Source: Endomicrobiales bacterium
GTDB taxonomy: Bacteria > Elusimicrobiota > Endomicrobiia > Endomicrobiales > JALOBY01
Direction of reading: 5' to 3'
Length of the DNA stretch: 64,000 nt
Assembly: GCA_963796955.1 (NCBI GenBank)
Contig: CAWCNJ010000004.1
Coordinates: forward strand, 256,001-320,000
Shown here: positions 30,114 to 40,900 of the stretch, one piece after another
Position numbering within the stretch: position 1 is the stretch's first letter
Layout: every line of letters begins with the position of its first letter
Translations under genes and position numbers: made by a program
The notes under the pieces: generated by a model
Seen by the model: the letters and a program-made list of their open reading frames with translations, nothing else
Databases searched by the model: none
Told to the model about the DNA's origin: nothing

Positions 30114-30653
30114 TTATTTGTGAGCGTAGCCAAGTTCAAGGGCGCGCTGGTTGAGTGGTATCAGTTTCGGTTTGTCCGCGAGCACTGTCTCGCAGGCCTT
30201 CTGGGCTGAAGCGAGTTTCAGCAACTTTGTGGAGTTTAGGTACGCGCCGATGGCTATCAGATTAGCGACCCGTGTATCTCCGAGCTGTTTGTCGGCTATT
30301 TCGCTGGCCGGTATCTCGGTGCATACTATACCTTTCGGTATATTTAATTCACTTCGTCGTACAAGAGAAGAGTTAAGGATCATTGTTCCATTAGCGGTCA
30401 GGCGTTCCATGAACCGTTTAGTGGCTATCTCATTGAGTGCTATCAATGCGTTCGGGCGAAAGGAAACCGGCGAGCCGATCTCTTCATCGGCGATCATGAT
30501 GGTAGAGTTGGCCGAGCCGCCGCGCATTTCAGCGCCATAGGCCGGGAACCAGGAAGTTTCTTTGCCTTCTTCCAGCGCGGCTTGGGCGAGCAAAAGCCCG
30601 GAAAACAATACGCCCTGCCCGCCAAAACCAGCTATTATTATTTCGTTTTTCAT
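30114..30653 (-). CDS. 2-oxoacid:ferredoxin oxidoreductase gamma subunit
   Basis: AGFGGQGV, PAYGAEMRGG. Confidence 0.93.
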   Translation of the reverse strand: MKNEIIIAGFGGQGVLFSGLLLAQAALEEGKETSWFPAYGAEMRGGSANSTIMIADEEIGSPVSFRPNALIALNEIATKRFMERLTANGTMILNSSLVRRSELNIPKGIVCTEIPASEIADKQLGDTRVANLIAIGAYLNSTKLLKLASAQKACETVLADKPKLIPLNQRALELGYAHK

Positions 30654-31405
30654 TTGTATTCTATAACCTTTGAATTGTCTTTGTATATGCCAAGCGGATA
30701 ATATTTCATGAATGTTTCATCTATCCATTTCACTGATTCCGCCGGGGTCATACCCCAGTTCACGGGACATTGTGAAAGCACTTCCACCAGTGAAAAGCCC
30801 TTTCCGCTTATCTGTATCTCAAAAGCTTTTTTAATCGCTCTTTTCGCGGCTAAAATGTTCTTAGGGTTGTTTACCGCTACCCGTTCCAGATAGGTAACAC
30901 CGCTAAGAGACTGAAGCAGTTCGCAAACCTTGAGGGGGAAGCCGTCCCGGTTAGCATCCCGGCCGAACGGCGATGTAACTGATTTCTGCCCGATAAGCGT
31001 TGTCGGCGCCATCTGTCCGCCGGTCATGCCGTAAATACCGTTGTTCACGAAGATCACTGTTATGTTCTCTCCACGGTTGGCGGCATGTACTGTTTCAGCG
31101 GTGCCGATAGCGGCTAGGTCGCCGTCTCCCTGATAGGTGAAAACCACCTTGTCCGGGTTAGTGCGCTTTATCCCGGTAGCCACAGCAGGCGGCCTGCCAT
31201 GCGGCGCTTCTGTCACGTCGAAATTGAAATATTCGTACGCAAATACCGCGCAGCCTACCGGTGCCACGGCTATTACTTTTTCACGCACGCAAAGCTCGTC
31301 GATAACTTCGGCAACCAGCCGGTGTGTTATACCATGTCCGCAGCCGCCGCAGTAGAGGTGCTGAACGTCTTTAAGCGCATCCGGTTTGCCGTAAATTTTA
31401 TTCAT
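30650..31405 (-). CDS. 2-oxoacid:ferredoxin oxidoreductase beta (TPP-binding) subunit
   Basis: YCGGCGHG, YQGDGDLAAIG, YGMTGGQMAPT. Confidence 0.93.
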   Translation of the reverse strand: MNKIYGKPDALKDVQHLYCGGCGHGITHRLVAEVIDELCVREKVIAVAPVGCAVFAYEYFNFDVTEAPHGRPPAVATGIKRTNPDKVVFTYQGDGDLAAIGTAETVHAANRGENITVIFVNNGIYGMTGGQMAPTTLIGQKSVTSPFGRDANRDGFPLKVCELLQSLSGVTYLERVAVNNPKNILAAKRAIKKAFEIQISGKGFSLVEVLSQCPVNWGMTPAESVKWIDETFMKYYPLGIYKDNSKVIEYK

Positions 31406-31406
31406 A

Positions 31407-32456
31407 TTATTTTGCCTGTAATCGTTTTATTATTTCTTCTTCATCGACAACTCCGCCGCCGGCCCTGCCGTAAAACTCCACGGGGGACTTACCATTGACG
31501 GCCAAGCGCACATCTTCTACCATCTGGCCGGCGTTCATCTCTACCACTAAAAACTTTTTCGAGGCTGATGCCGCCTTTGAGATCACTTCGCTGGGGAACG
31601 GCCAAAGTGTAATAGGCCTTACAAGTCCGGCCTTAATGCCAAGTTCCCTTGCCCTGCGGACCGCTGATTTGGCAATGCGCCCGGCAATGCCAAAGGCAAC
31701 AACTATCTGGTCTGCTTCTTCAAGGAACTCAGTTTCAACTCTTATTTCATCTTTAGTTATCGCGGCGTATTTCTTTTGTAGTTTAAGGTTGTGGTTCTCC
31801 AGCTCTCCTTCCATCATAAGAAGGGAGTGCAGCGATCTCGGCTCTCTGCCCTTACAGCCGTCCAGTACCCAATCGCGGTCTTCGCTGCCGTTGGCGCTTG
31901 CAGGGCAGTGGTCTTTAATTTCTATCGGTTCCATCATCTGGCCTACTATCCCGTCGCTCAGTATCATTACCGGGTTACGGTACTTTTCTGAAAGCGCGAA
32001 TGAGGCATAAGTCAGGTCATACATTTCCTGGGCATTTGATGGGGCAAGCACTATCATTTTGTAATCGCCATGACCGCCCCCTTTAACAGCCTGGAAATAA
32101 TCGCTCTGGGAAGCTGCGATATTGCCAAGGCCAGGGCCGCCGCGCATGACGTTAACTATTACGCACGGTATTTCCATGCCGGTAAGATAAGAAATGCCTT
32201 CCTGTTTAAGCGAAATCCCGGGGGAAGATGAAGATGTCATGGCCCGAACGCCCGTTGCGGCGGCGCCAAGCACCATATTTATAGCCGCAAGCTCGGATTC
32301 GGCTTGTAAAAATACGCGGCCAAGTTCCACCATGCGTTTGCTCATATGGGCGGGCACTTCGTTTTGCGGGGTGATCGGGTAGCCGAAATAGGCTTTCACT
32401 CCTGCCGCGATAGCGCCTTCACAAAGCGCGATGTTCCCTTTGATTAGTTGTTTCAC
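31407..32456 (-). CDS. vorB: 2-oxoacid (2-ketoisovalerate-type):ferredoxin oxidoreductase alpha subunit
   Basis: GYPITPQ, QAESE, TSSSSPGISLK, RGGPGLGNI. Confidence 0.9.
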   Translation of the reverse strand: MKQLIKGNIALCEGAIAAGVKAYFGYPITPQNEVPAHMSKRMVELGRVFLQAESELAAINMVLGAAATGVRAMTSSSSPGISLKQEGISYLTGMEIPCVIVNVMRGGPGLGNIAASQSDYFQAVKGGGHGDYKMIVLAPSNAQEMYDLTYASFALSEKYRNPVMILSDGIVGQMMEPIEIKDHCPASANGSEDRDWVLDGCKGREPRSLHSLLMMEGELENHNLKLQKKYAAITKDEIRVETEFLEEADQIVVAFGIAGRIAKSAVRRARELGIKAGLVRPITLWPFPSEVISKAASASKKFLVVEMNAGQMVEDVRLAVNGKSPVEFYGRAGGGVVDEEEIIKRLQAK

Positions 32457-32662
32457 GGTTTATATACCTCTATACACACATCAGGGCAAATTTGATAGCA
32501 AAATCCGCAGGAAGTGCACTTGTCCTCTCCAATAAAAATAGCCGGATGGTATCCGGCCTTATTGAATTCTTTGGACATTTCCAGCGTCTTTTTGGGGCAT
32601 ATAAGAACGCAAAGGCCGCAGCCTTTGCATTTCTCTGAATTGATATTCACTCTCTTAGTCAC
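32453..32662 (-). CDS. 2x[4Fe-4S] ferredoxin-type delta subunit
   Basis: CKGCGLCVLICP and CTSCGFCYQICP. Confidence 0.93.
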   Translation of the reverse strand: MTKRVNINSEKCKGCGLCVLICPKKTLEMSKEFNKAGYHPAIFIGEDKCTSCGFCYQICPDVCIEVYKP

Positions 32663-32670
32663 GATAAGAA

Positions 32671-32699
32671 ATTGTAACTCTTTGAAAGTTCTATGTCAA
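32671..32699 (-). promoter_or_regulatory. sigma70 promoter of the vor operon
   Basis: TTGACA-17 nt-TACAAT, 8 nt before the GTG at 32662. Confidence 0.75.
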
Positions 32700-32710
32700 A
32701 TAACAGTTTT

Positions 32711-32857
32711 CCGAGGTTGGTACGGTTGGGCACAAGTGCCTTTCCGGTTCTCTCATTGCAGAACGCCCCGCCAATGAAAACGGAATGACCCAGCGGGACT
32801 CTAGAGGCTAAGATTCTGCACTGAGTTCACCGGAAAGCCCCTCGCGCCCAACCTTAG
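32711..32857 (-). ncRNA. putative rod-shaped structured RNA (6S-like or unassigned)
   Basis: nested stems ggttgggcgcgag/cttgtgcccaacc, ctttccggt/accggaaag, tgcagaa/ttctgca, cccgctgg/ttggcggg; mismatches resolve as G-U only on the minus strand. Confidence 0.55.
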
Positions 32858-32886
32858 TTCTATATAAGCTTTCGCGCTCAGCGTTC

Positions 32887-34548
32887 CTATTTTGATTGTG
32901 AAACTAATTCTTCGGCGTGTTTAAGGGCGGCGGGGGTTACTTCGGAGCCTGAGAGCATGCGGGCTACTTCTGTTATGTGTTCGGACTCGTTCAAGATCGT
33001 TGCGCGGGTGAAGGTTCGGCCGGCTTTAGAATCTTTTGCCACGTTGATGTTTCGTTCGCCAAGGGCCGCGATCTGGGGAAGGTGCGTTATAGTGATAACC
33101 TGATGGTGTTTTGCAAGGTTTTTCATTTTAATGCCTATCACCTGGCCCATGGGGCCGCCTATGCCGGTGTCTATCTCGTCGAATATCAGCACAGGGATCT
33201 TATCGGCCTTGGCAAGCACGGTCTTTATGGCCAACATTACCCGGGATATTTCGCCGCCGGAGGCGATGTTCTTCAATGGTTTAATGTCTTCCCCGGGATT
33301 AGCGCAGAACATAAAGTTCACTATATCCTGACCGGTACTGGTGGGTGCGGCTTCTTTTTGCAGGGCAAGCTCGAAGCGCGCTTTTTTCATGCCGAGGTCG
33401 CTCAATTCTTTTTGTATATGCAAGGCAAGTTTGTCGCCAGCTTTTTTACGCTGGTTGGTGAGTCTGTCGCAAATACCATTCAGCTCTTTGGCGGCTTTTT
33501 CGGTCTTTTCATCAAGCTCAGCGCGGTTTTGATCCGCTTTGGAAAGTGCGTCAAGCTCTGCCGCTATCTTATCCCGGTAGGCAAGTATATCGATGATAGT
33601 TGTTCCGTATTTTCTCTTTAGTTTATGGATAAGGTCCTGCCTTTCCATAAGTGTGTTAAGTCGATCAGGATCGGAGCTGAGTTTGTCCCGGTAGGTTTCA
33701 ATATCGGAAGCGACGCCTTCTATTTGATAGACCGCGTTCTTCAAGTTTTCAGCGGTCTCGCCAAGCTGGCCGCTGATCGACACTATGCTTTCCAGCAGCT
33801 TTTGCGCCCGTGCCAGTTTTTCCATTACAGCGCCGTCGCCGCAGTAGAGGGTACTGTAAGACTCCTCACTCATGTTGCGCAGCTTTTCCGCGTTCTTCTG
33901 CTGCGGCAGGGCTGCCTCTATCTCTTCTTCCTGTCCGACAGAAAGCTTCGCGTCGTCTATTTCAGTAACTTGAAATGTGTAGAGGTCTACAAGCCTGGCA
34001 CGTTCCTGTTCGGACATCTGTTGCGATTGCTGTTGCGCCGAAAAGTCTTTCCAAATGCGGTATTTCTCGCCTACCTGATCCCTCAGTTCTTCAAGTTCGC
34101 CGAAGCTGTCCAGAAGTGAGCGCTGCTGCGTGCTTTGCATAAGCGTCTGGTGCTCGTGCTGGCCGTGCAGGTCTATAAGGAATTTTCCAGCGGTTGTAAG
34201 GGTTGTAAGGCTTACCGGGATATCATTAATAAAAGCGCGGCTTTTACCGGAGGCGTCTATCTCTCTGCGTATTATCAGGCTGCCGTCGGAAGAAAGGCCG
34301 GTTTCCTGCAAAAATGCGTCCAGCTCTTTGATCTTTCCGTTGTCGAATTCCGCCGTTATAAAACACCGTTCAGCGCCCTTGCGGATACCCTCGCTGGAGG
34401 CCCTGCCGCCCAGGATCAAGCCGATGGATTCAACGATAATGGATTTGCCGGCGCCGGTCTCGCCCGTAAAAACATTAAAGCCCGGCGCCAGTTCAAGGCG
34501 CAGGTCTTCTATCAAAGCGTAATTTTTAATGTGCAGGCTCAGCAGCAT
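32887..34548 (-). CDS. recN: DNA repair protein RecN
   Basis: TGETGAGKS, ASGGEISR, LIFDEIDTGIGG, ITHLPQIA. Confidence 0.97.
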   Translation of the reverse strand: MLLSLHIKNYALIEDLRLELAPGFNVFTGETGAGKSIIVESIGLILGGRASSEGIRKGAERCFITAEFDNGKIKELDAFLQETGLSSDGSLIIRREIDASGKSRAFINDIPVSLTTLTTAGKFLIDLHGQHEHQTLMQSTQQRSLLDSFGELEELRDQVGEKYRIWKDFSAQQQSQQMSEQERARLVDLYTFQVTEIDDAKLSVGQEEEIEAALPQQKNAEKLRNMSEESYSTLYCGDGAVMEKLARAQKLLESIVSISGQLGETAENLKNAVYQIEGVASDIETYRDKLSSDPDRLNTLMERQDLIHKLKRKYGTTIIDILAYRDKIAAELDALSKADQNRAELDEKTEKAAKELNGICDRLTNQRKKAGDKLALHIQKELSDLGMKKARFELALQKEAAPTSTGQDIVNFMFCANPGEDIKPLKNIASGGEISRVMLAIKTVLAKADKIPVLIFDEIDTGIGGPMGQVIGIKMKNLAKHHQVITITHLPQIAALGERNINVAKDSKAGRTFTRATILNESEHITEVARMLSGSEVTPAALKHAEELVSQSK

Positions 34549-34557
34549 GGATTGATA

Positions 34558-35388
34558 TCAGCCTCTCTCGCCCCAGCGTAGTTTTTCTCTCAGCACTTTC
34601 AGATATTTTCGTTTCGGGTTCGTTATCAGCCTAAGCGGTGTTGGCAAAAGCGTTACCGTTACCGTATCGGAGTCGTTTATCTCATGCCGTATCTGGCCGT
34701 CAACAAAAATAGCAGCTTTTTCCGTTCCGTAGGTCTCAGCCGTCATGCGCAGGGTATGCGAGCTGGAAACGATTATGGGGCGCTCTGTCAGTGTGTGCGG
34801 GCAAATGGGCGTAAGGGTGAATACCGAAAGGTCCGGGTGCACGATGGGGCCGCCCGAAGATAGGGAATAGGCCGTTGAGCCGGTAGGCGTTGCGACGATC
34901 AAACCATCACCGGTATAGTCCGCGATAAAATCCTCGTTCAGCCAGGAGCTGATGGTAATGACGCGACCGTTAGTCCCCGAATGGAAGATAACATCGTTCA
35001 GGGCGGTCTCAGTTATCGTTTTACCGTTGGCACGCTGCACCGAGATGTGCAGCATAGCGCGTTCTTCAACCGTATATTTGTCTTTAATTATGTCGGAAAG
35101 GAAGGAATACAGTTCTTTCGTGTTGGTCTCGGCCAGAAACCCCAGAGAACCCAGGTTAATGCCCAGCACCGGCACGCCCCTGATAGCAAGAATGCGGCTG
35201 GCCCTGAGCATGGTACCGTCCCCGCCGAGCGTGATGGCGCAATCTATCTCCGGGAACTTCTCTTTTTCAGAGTCAATGACAATAGCCTTGCAGCCGCGCG
35301 CCGTAAGCCATTTCTTCAGCTTAGGCAATTCGGCAACCGCTTTCTCTTTCTGATCATTGTAGATAATGCCTACGGTTTTCATAGTCAC
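34558..35388 (-). CDS. nadK: NAD kinase
   Basis: LGGDGTML, GDGLIVATPTGSTAYSLSSGGP. Confidence 0.96.
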   Translation of the reverse strand: MTMKTVGIIYNDQKEKAVAELPKLKKWLTARGCKAIVIDSEKEKFPEIDCAITLGGDGTMLRASRILAIRGVPVLGINLGSLGFLAETNTKELYSFLSDIIKDKYTVEERAMLHISVQRANGKTITETALNDVIFHSGTNGRVITISSWLNEDFIADYTGDGLIVATPTGSTAYSLSSGGPIVHPDLSVFTLTPICPHTLTERPIIVSSSHTLRMTAETYGTEKAAIFVDGQIRHEINDSDTVTVTLLPTPLRLITNPKRKYLKVLREKLRWGERG

Positions 35389-35472
35389 CTCTCTCTGGGC
35401 TTATTATATCACATATTGAATATATTTTGTATAATGTGTTGACGTCAGTGTTTTTAAGAAAAAGGATATATT

Positions 35473-36570
35473 ATGCCATTATCAGTCGGTATCGTCGGGT
35501 TGCCAAATGTCGGGAAGTCTACTTTTTTCAATGCTATTACGAACGCGGGGGCCGAGGCGCAGAATTATCCGTTCTGCACTATCGAGCCTAATACGGGGAT
35601 AGTTCCGGTGCCGGACCCGAGGCTTGAAGTGCTGGCACAGATCAGCGGAACAAAAAAAATAATCCCAGCGACTATTTCCTGCGTCGACATAGCGGGGTTG
35701 GTGAAGGGCGCTTCCAAGGGGGAAGGTCTTGGCAATAAATTCCTGTCTCATATACGCGAAGTTTCGGCTATAGCGCATGTGGTGCGCTGTTTTGAGGATG
35801 AGAACATTGTGCATGTGAGCGGAAAAATAAGCCCCGTCGATGATATTGAGGTGATTAATACCGAGCTGACGCTGGCTGACCTTGAGATGGCCGACAAGAT
35901 GCACTCCAACGCCAGTAAGGCGATGAGATCCGGCGCCACGGCCGAGGCTAAAGACCGGTTTGCCGTGCTTGAAAAAGTTAAGGCGGCTTTAGAAGGCGGC
36001 AAGTGCCTTCGCACCGTCCCTTTTAACGCCGAGGAAGCGGCTATCCTTTTTACTATGAACTTTATTACCGCCAAAAAAGTTATCTACGTGGCGAATATCA
36101 GTGATTCTATGATAGGGCAGGCAAGCCCGCAGGTGGACGCCGTTAAAGCCTACGCAGAACGCGAAGGCGCCGAATTTACCGTCATCTGCGCTAAGATCGA
36201 AGATGAGATCGCCAAGCTTGATAAGGCGGAAAAAGTTGAGTTCCTTAAGGAGCTGGGCATCGCCGAATCCGGGCTGGATATTTTCGCTCACAAGTGCTAC
36301 CACCTGCTCGGTTTGCAGACGTATATGACCACCGGCGTTCAGGAAACCCATGCCTGGACGATAAATAAGGGTGATACCGCCCCGAAGGCCGCCGGGGTGA
36401 TCCATACGGATTTTGAAAAAGGCTTTATCCGCGCGAATATTATGTCGTATGACGACCTGGTAAAGTACGGCTCGGAGAAAGTGGTTAAAGAAAAGGGCCT
36501 TATGCGTCAGGAAGGCCGCGAATATGTGATGCAGGAAGGCGACATAGTTGAATTTCTGTTCAATGTTTAA
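35473..36570 (+). CDS. ychF: redox-regulated ATPase YchF
   Basis: [42 protein letters not shown]. Confidence 0.98.
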   Translation: MPLSVGIVGLPNVGKSTFFNAITNAGAEAQNYPFCTIEPNTGIVPVPDPRLEVLAQISGTKKIIPATISCVDIAGLVKGASKGEGLGNKFLSHIREVSAIAHVVRCFEDENIVHVSGKISPVDDIEVINTELTLADLEMADKMHSNASKAMRSGATAEAKDRFAVLEKVKAALEGGKCLRTVPFNAEEAAILFTMNFITAKKVIYVANISDSMIGQASPQVDAVKAYAEREGAEFTVICAKIEDEIAKLDKAEKVEFLKELGIAESGLDIFAHKCYHLLGLQTYMTTGVQETHAWTINKGDTAPKAAGVIHTDFEKGFIRANIMSYDDLVKYGSEKVVKEKGLMRQEGREYVMQEGDIVEFLFNV

Positions 36571-36573
36571 TGC

Positions 36574-36603
36574 TGAAACTATTTCCTGCTATATAATGTC
36601 TAA
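36574..36603 (+). promoter_or_regulatory. ECF-sigma promoter candidate 1 (tolC-RND operon)
   Basis: TGAAAC-N17-TGTCTAA, identical boxes and spacing to 42840-42869 and 55495-55524. Confidence 0.8.
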
Positions 36604-36639
36604 TAAAATGATGTTAAATAATACTATTGGGATGCCATC

Positions 36640-37896
36640 GTGAAAAACTTTATAAGACCAAAGGCTGCAGCATTGTTTTTGTCGTTGATATTCTGCGCCG
36701 GGATAGCTTCGGCTGATGGAATTAGATCACTAACCCTGCAGGAGTGCTGCAAAAAAGCCAGGGAGCAGCTTGCAACGGTGCTTGTGCAGGGCGAGCGCAT
36801 TGTTCAGGCAAATGAACGGTTGCGCCAGGCAAAAGCCGCCTTCCTTCCGGATGTCCACTTCCTTGCAAAGAAAACTTTTCAAGACAGCGCCGATGGCGCT
36901 GTCGCCGGTGAATTTACCCAGACGAACCTGACCGCCACACAATCGCTTTTCAACGGCTTCAAGGATAAGAACCTTACCGCCATCGCTTCGCGTGACATTC
37001 AGGTGCAGCAGCTTCTGTATAAATCCTCCATGCGGGATGCCGGCGGACAGGCTGTTCGCGCGTTCTATTCTGTCTCCCTGCCGGAAGTTTCAATTTCTAA
37101 CGATAGCAATAATATATCAATGGTGCAGGATCGCATAAGCGAGCTGCAGTCCAGGGTACGCCTCGGCAAATCCAGGGAAACCGAACTTTTCAGCGTGCAG
37201 TCGACGCTTGCCTCGGTCAGGGCGGACCTTGCAAAGTCGCAGGGCGACAGAACGTCCGCTATCGCAAACCTTGCGTTGCTTATCGGCGGCGATGTAGCGG
37301 CTATAGATGCTGCGGCCGAAGCACAGGACAGCATGAGCGTGCCTTCGCTCCAGGATGCCATTTCTGCCGTAAAGAACCGCTCCGACCTTGTGGCGGCTCG
37401 TGAAGCGCTTGAAGAACAGGAAATTCGCGTAAAGTTCGATAAGGGAGCATTCCTTCCGACGCTTAACGCCACAGGCAATTATTATCTTGACCGTCTCTCC
37501 GGCGCGCCATCCCAGTGGAGCGCGGCCCTTGCCCTTGACATGCCCTTGTTCCAGGGCGGCAGGGACCAGGCTCAGTTGAGACAAGATCTATCACTGTTAC
37601 GCGCCCAGCGCATAGCGCTTGATTTCGAGGAACGTCAGGCCGAGACAGATGTGCGCACGGCTCACGCGGCCCTGGCGGCCTCTATAGAACAATTCGGGTT
37701 TTTAAAAGAAGCTAATGACAAGGCGGAGGCGGCATACCAGTCGCTGGTGAAGGAATATCGCCTGGGCCTTGTTAATAATCTTGATGTCCTTGCCGGTCTG
37801 GGTACATTATTGACGGCGAAAAGCGCCTACACTCAAACCGCCGTCCAGGTCCGCCAGAACAGGGCCCTTCTTCTTGTAACATTAGAACAGTTGTAA
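36640..37896 (+). CDS. TolC-family outer membrane efflux protein
   Basis: signal peptide, two OEP repeats (AFLP..., PLFQGG, YRLGLV). Confidence 0.88.
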   Translation: MKNFIRPKAAALFLSLIFCAGIASADGIRSLTLQECCKKAREQLATVLVQGERIVQANERLRQAKAAFLPDVHFLAKKTFQDSADGAVAGEFTQTNLTATQSLFNGFKDKNLTAIASRDIQVQQLLYKSSMRDAGGQAVRAFYSVSLPEVSISNDSNNISMVQDRISELQSRVRLGKSRETELFSVQSTLASVRADLAKSQGDRTSAIANLALLIGGDVAAIDAAAEAQDSMSVPSLQDAISAVKNRSDLVAAREALEEQEIRVKFDKGAFLPTLNATGNYYLDRLSGAPSQWSAALALDMPLFQGGRDQAQLRQDLSLLRAQRIALDFEERQAETDVRTAHAALAASIEQFGFLKEANDKAEAAYQSLVKEYRLGLVNNLDVLAGLGTLLTAKSAYTQTAVQVRQNRALLLVTLEQL

Positions 37897-37902
37897 AATT
37901 TT

Positions 37903-37942
37903 GATCTGACGGATCCGTCTGATCAGACAGATCCGGCTGATC
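37903..37942. repeat. five GATC sites at exact 9-nt spacing forming a palindrome
   Basis: GATC at 37903, 37912, 37921, 37930, 37939. Confidence 0.85.
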
Positions 37943-37957
37943 GTCTTTGGGAGTCTT

Positions 37958-40900
37958 ATGTCATTATCCGATAACGCTATAAAAAATCCCGTATTCGCCT
38001 GGATGCTCCTGGTAGGAATGGTGGTCTTCGGCTTCATCGCTTTCTGGCGATTAGGCCTCAGCCAGCTGCCGGATGTGGATTTTCCTGTGCTTAACGTTCT
38101 CGCTACCTGGGAAGGCGCCGCACCGGAGGTAATGGAAACAGAGATAACAGACCCGATCGAAGAGGCCGTGCTCGGCGTGCAGGGCGTTCAGGAGATCACT
38201 TCCAGTTCCAAACAGGGAATTTCGAATATCACCATCCAGTTCAACATGAACGTAAATGTTGACGTTGCCTTGCAGGAAGTGCAAAGCAAAATTTCCACCG
38301 CGCAGCGCAATATGCCCAAGGATATGGACCTTCCTATTATCACAAAAACAAATCCGGAAGATTCTCCTATCATGTGGATAACGCTTTCCGGGACCAGAGA
38401 ACCGAGAGAGCTGATGACCTACAGCCGCGATGTGCTGAAAGACCAGTTCTCCACCGTCCCCGGCGTCGGTGAGATCACCCTGGGCGGCTACCTGGAGCCC
38501 AATCTCCGCGTGTGGCTTGACGCGGAAAAGATGCACAGTAAAGAGCTTACCGTTGATGATGTCACCAATGCTATCAACTCTGAGCACTCCGAAGTGCCTG
38601 CCGGCTATATAGATTCCGGTCCTCGCGAAAGCAACATACGCGTGGCTGGCGAGGCTTCCACAGTGCAGGAATTTGGATCCTTGATCATACCGGCACGTAA
38701 GGGCACGCCTTTGTGGAAAACCTTTCGCATTAGAGATGTTGCAAGCGTCGAAGACGGCTTGGAAGACGTCCGGCGTATTTCCAGGGTTGCCGGCAACCCG
38801 TCGGTAAGTATCGGTATACGCAAACAGCGCGGTACAAATTCTGTGGAGATAGCTAAAGCCGTTAAAAAGAAGATCGTAGAGATGCAGAAATTCCTTCCCA
38901 AAGGAATGGTGCTGGAAGTCAGATTTGATACCACGCGTTTTATAGAAGCTTCAATGAAGGATATGTATTTCGTCCTTATTCTTTCGATCGTTCTGACCGG
39001 GCTTGTCTGCTGGTTGTTCCTCGGCTCCTTGAGCTCTGCTTTCAATATTTTCTTGACGATCCCGATGTCTTTGTGCGGCACATTTTTTGTCATATATATC
39101 ATGGGTTTCACTATTAACACCTTCACGCTGCTGGGCTTATCCCTGGTTGTCGGTATCGTGGTTGACGACGCCATCATGATGCTGGAAAATATCGCCCGAC
39201 ACCGGGAGAACGGCGAGCCCAGGGTCAAGGCCGCCATAATGGGCGCGCGCGAGATCACTTTCGCCGCGGTCGCCGCGTCGGCTGCCATACTCGCTATCTT
39301 TATTCCTGTCATATTCATGTCGGGTGTCATCGGTAAATTCTTCTACCAGTTCGGCGTTACCATTTCCGTTGCGGTGGCGATCTCCCTTCTGGGGGCCCTT
39401 ACTTTGACGCCGATGTTCTGCTCGCAGTTCCTGAAAGTCGGCCATGCCGAACGCGGGATAGGCGCCTGGATGGACAAATTTATGGACGCGCTGCGCGACC
39501 GTTACGCCCTCATGCTCGCCTGGTGCCTGAAATATCGGTGGTTGGTTATTGTTGGTTCTTTCTCGGTATTTGCCGCCTCGCTTCTAATTTACACGAAGGT
39601 TAACAAAGAATTCGTCCCGCCACAGGATCAGAGCATGCTTATGGTAAGCATTACGGCGAAAACAGGGTCAGCTCTGGATTATACAAGCGAAGTTTATAAA
39701 AAGGCAGAGGCAATCCTTGCCACGCGCAACGAACTGGCCGGTTTCTTTAGCGTTATAGGCGGCGATGATGTCAGCACGGGCCGGCTTTTGATAACACTGA
39801 AAGACCTGGAGGCCCGCCCGATAAACCCGAAGACCGGTAAACATATAACACAGCAGGAGTTCATGCCCGTATTGCGCAAGCTGCTTAAGGGCGTTCCCGG
39901 CGCAACGAAGGTGGTTGTGCAGGATCCGTCCCTGATGGGCCTTTCGGCGAAGCGCGGCTTCCCGATAGAATTCACCGTGAGCGGACCCGATTGGGATAAG
40001 CTTGCGGAATTGAGCACGACCGTCGGTGAAGAAATGGGCAAGACCGGCCTTATGACGGACGTGGATACCGACTACAACATGGGTCCTCCTGAGATCAGGG
40101 TCGTGCCGGATCGCACTAAGGCCTCTGAACGCGCGGTAAGCGTGGACAATATAGCTAACACAATAAACGCCATGATCGGCGGGCTCAAGGTCGGGAAATT
40201 TACCAAGAACGGACACCGCAATGATATTCGCCTGCAGCTGGTCGCAAAAGACCGCAGCGAGAAATCCGCTATCGGTAAACTGTGGGTTCACAACAGCAGG
40301 GGCGAGCTGGTGCGCCTTTCTGATGTTGTGACCATTGTTGAAAAACCCGCCCTGCTCTCTATAACCCGCGACAACCGTCAGCGCGCCATCAGGATGTTCG
40401 CCAATGTTGCCCCGGGCAAATCGCAATCTGATGCTATGAAGGCCTGCGAGGACGTCGGTAAAAAGATGCTCCCTGAAGGTTATAAGCTGGTTTTCTCTGG
40501 CAGCGCTCAGAGCTTTAAAGATTCATTCGCTGATCTCGGTCTGGTGATGATACTGGGTATTTTTGTCGCCTATATGGTACTTGGTACGCAGTTCAACAGT
40601 TTCGTTCATCCGTTCACGGTGCTGCTGGCCCTGCCTTTCAGCGTTTCAGGCGCCTTTATGGCTTTGGCATTGACCGGCCACTCGCTTAACATTTATAGCG
40701 CCATAGGGCTGATATTGCTGATGGGTCTGGTTAAGAAAAATTCTATTTTGCTGGTAGATTTTACCAATCAGCGAAGGGCTGAAGGCCTCTCGGTAACCGA
40801 CGCACTGCTGCAAGCCTGCCCTGTCAGGCTTCGCCCCATTCTTATGACCTCGGTCGCGACCGTTGCGGCAGCTGTTCCGCCTGCCGTTGCCGTCGGTCTG

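Noticed and set aside
32711..32857. Riboswitch (TPP, cobalamin, lysine) or SRP RNA
   Set aside because: Consensus motifs are absent and the vor promoter lies downstream of the structure
37903..37942. CRISPR array or oriC
   Set aside because: 9-nt period is too short, with no spacers, cas genes or DnaA-box cluster
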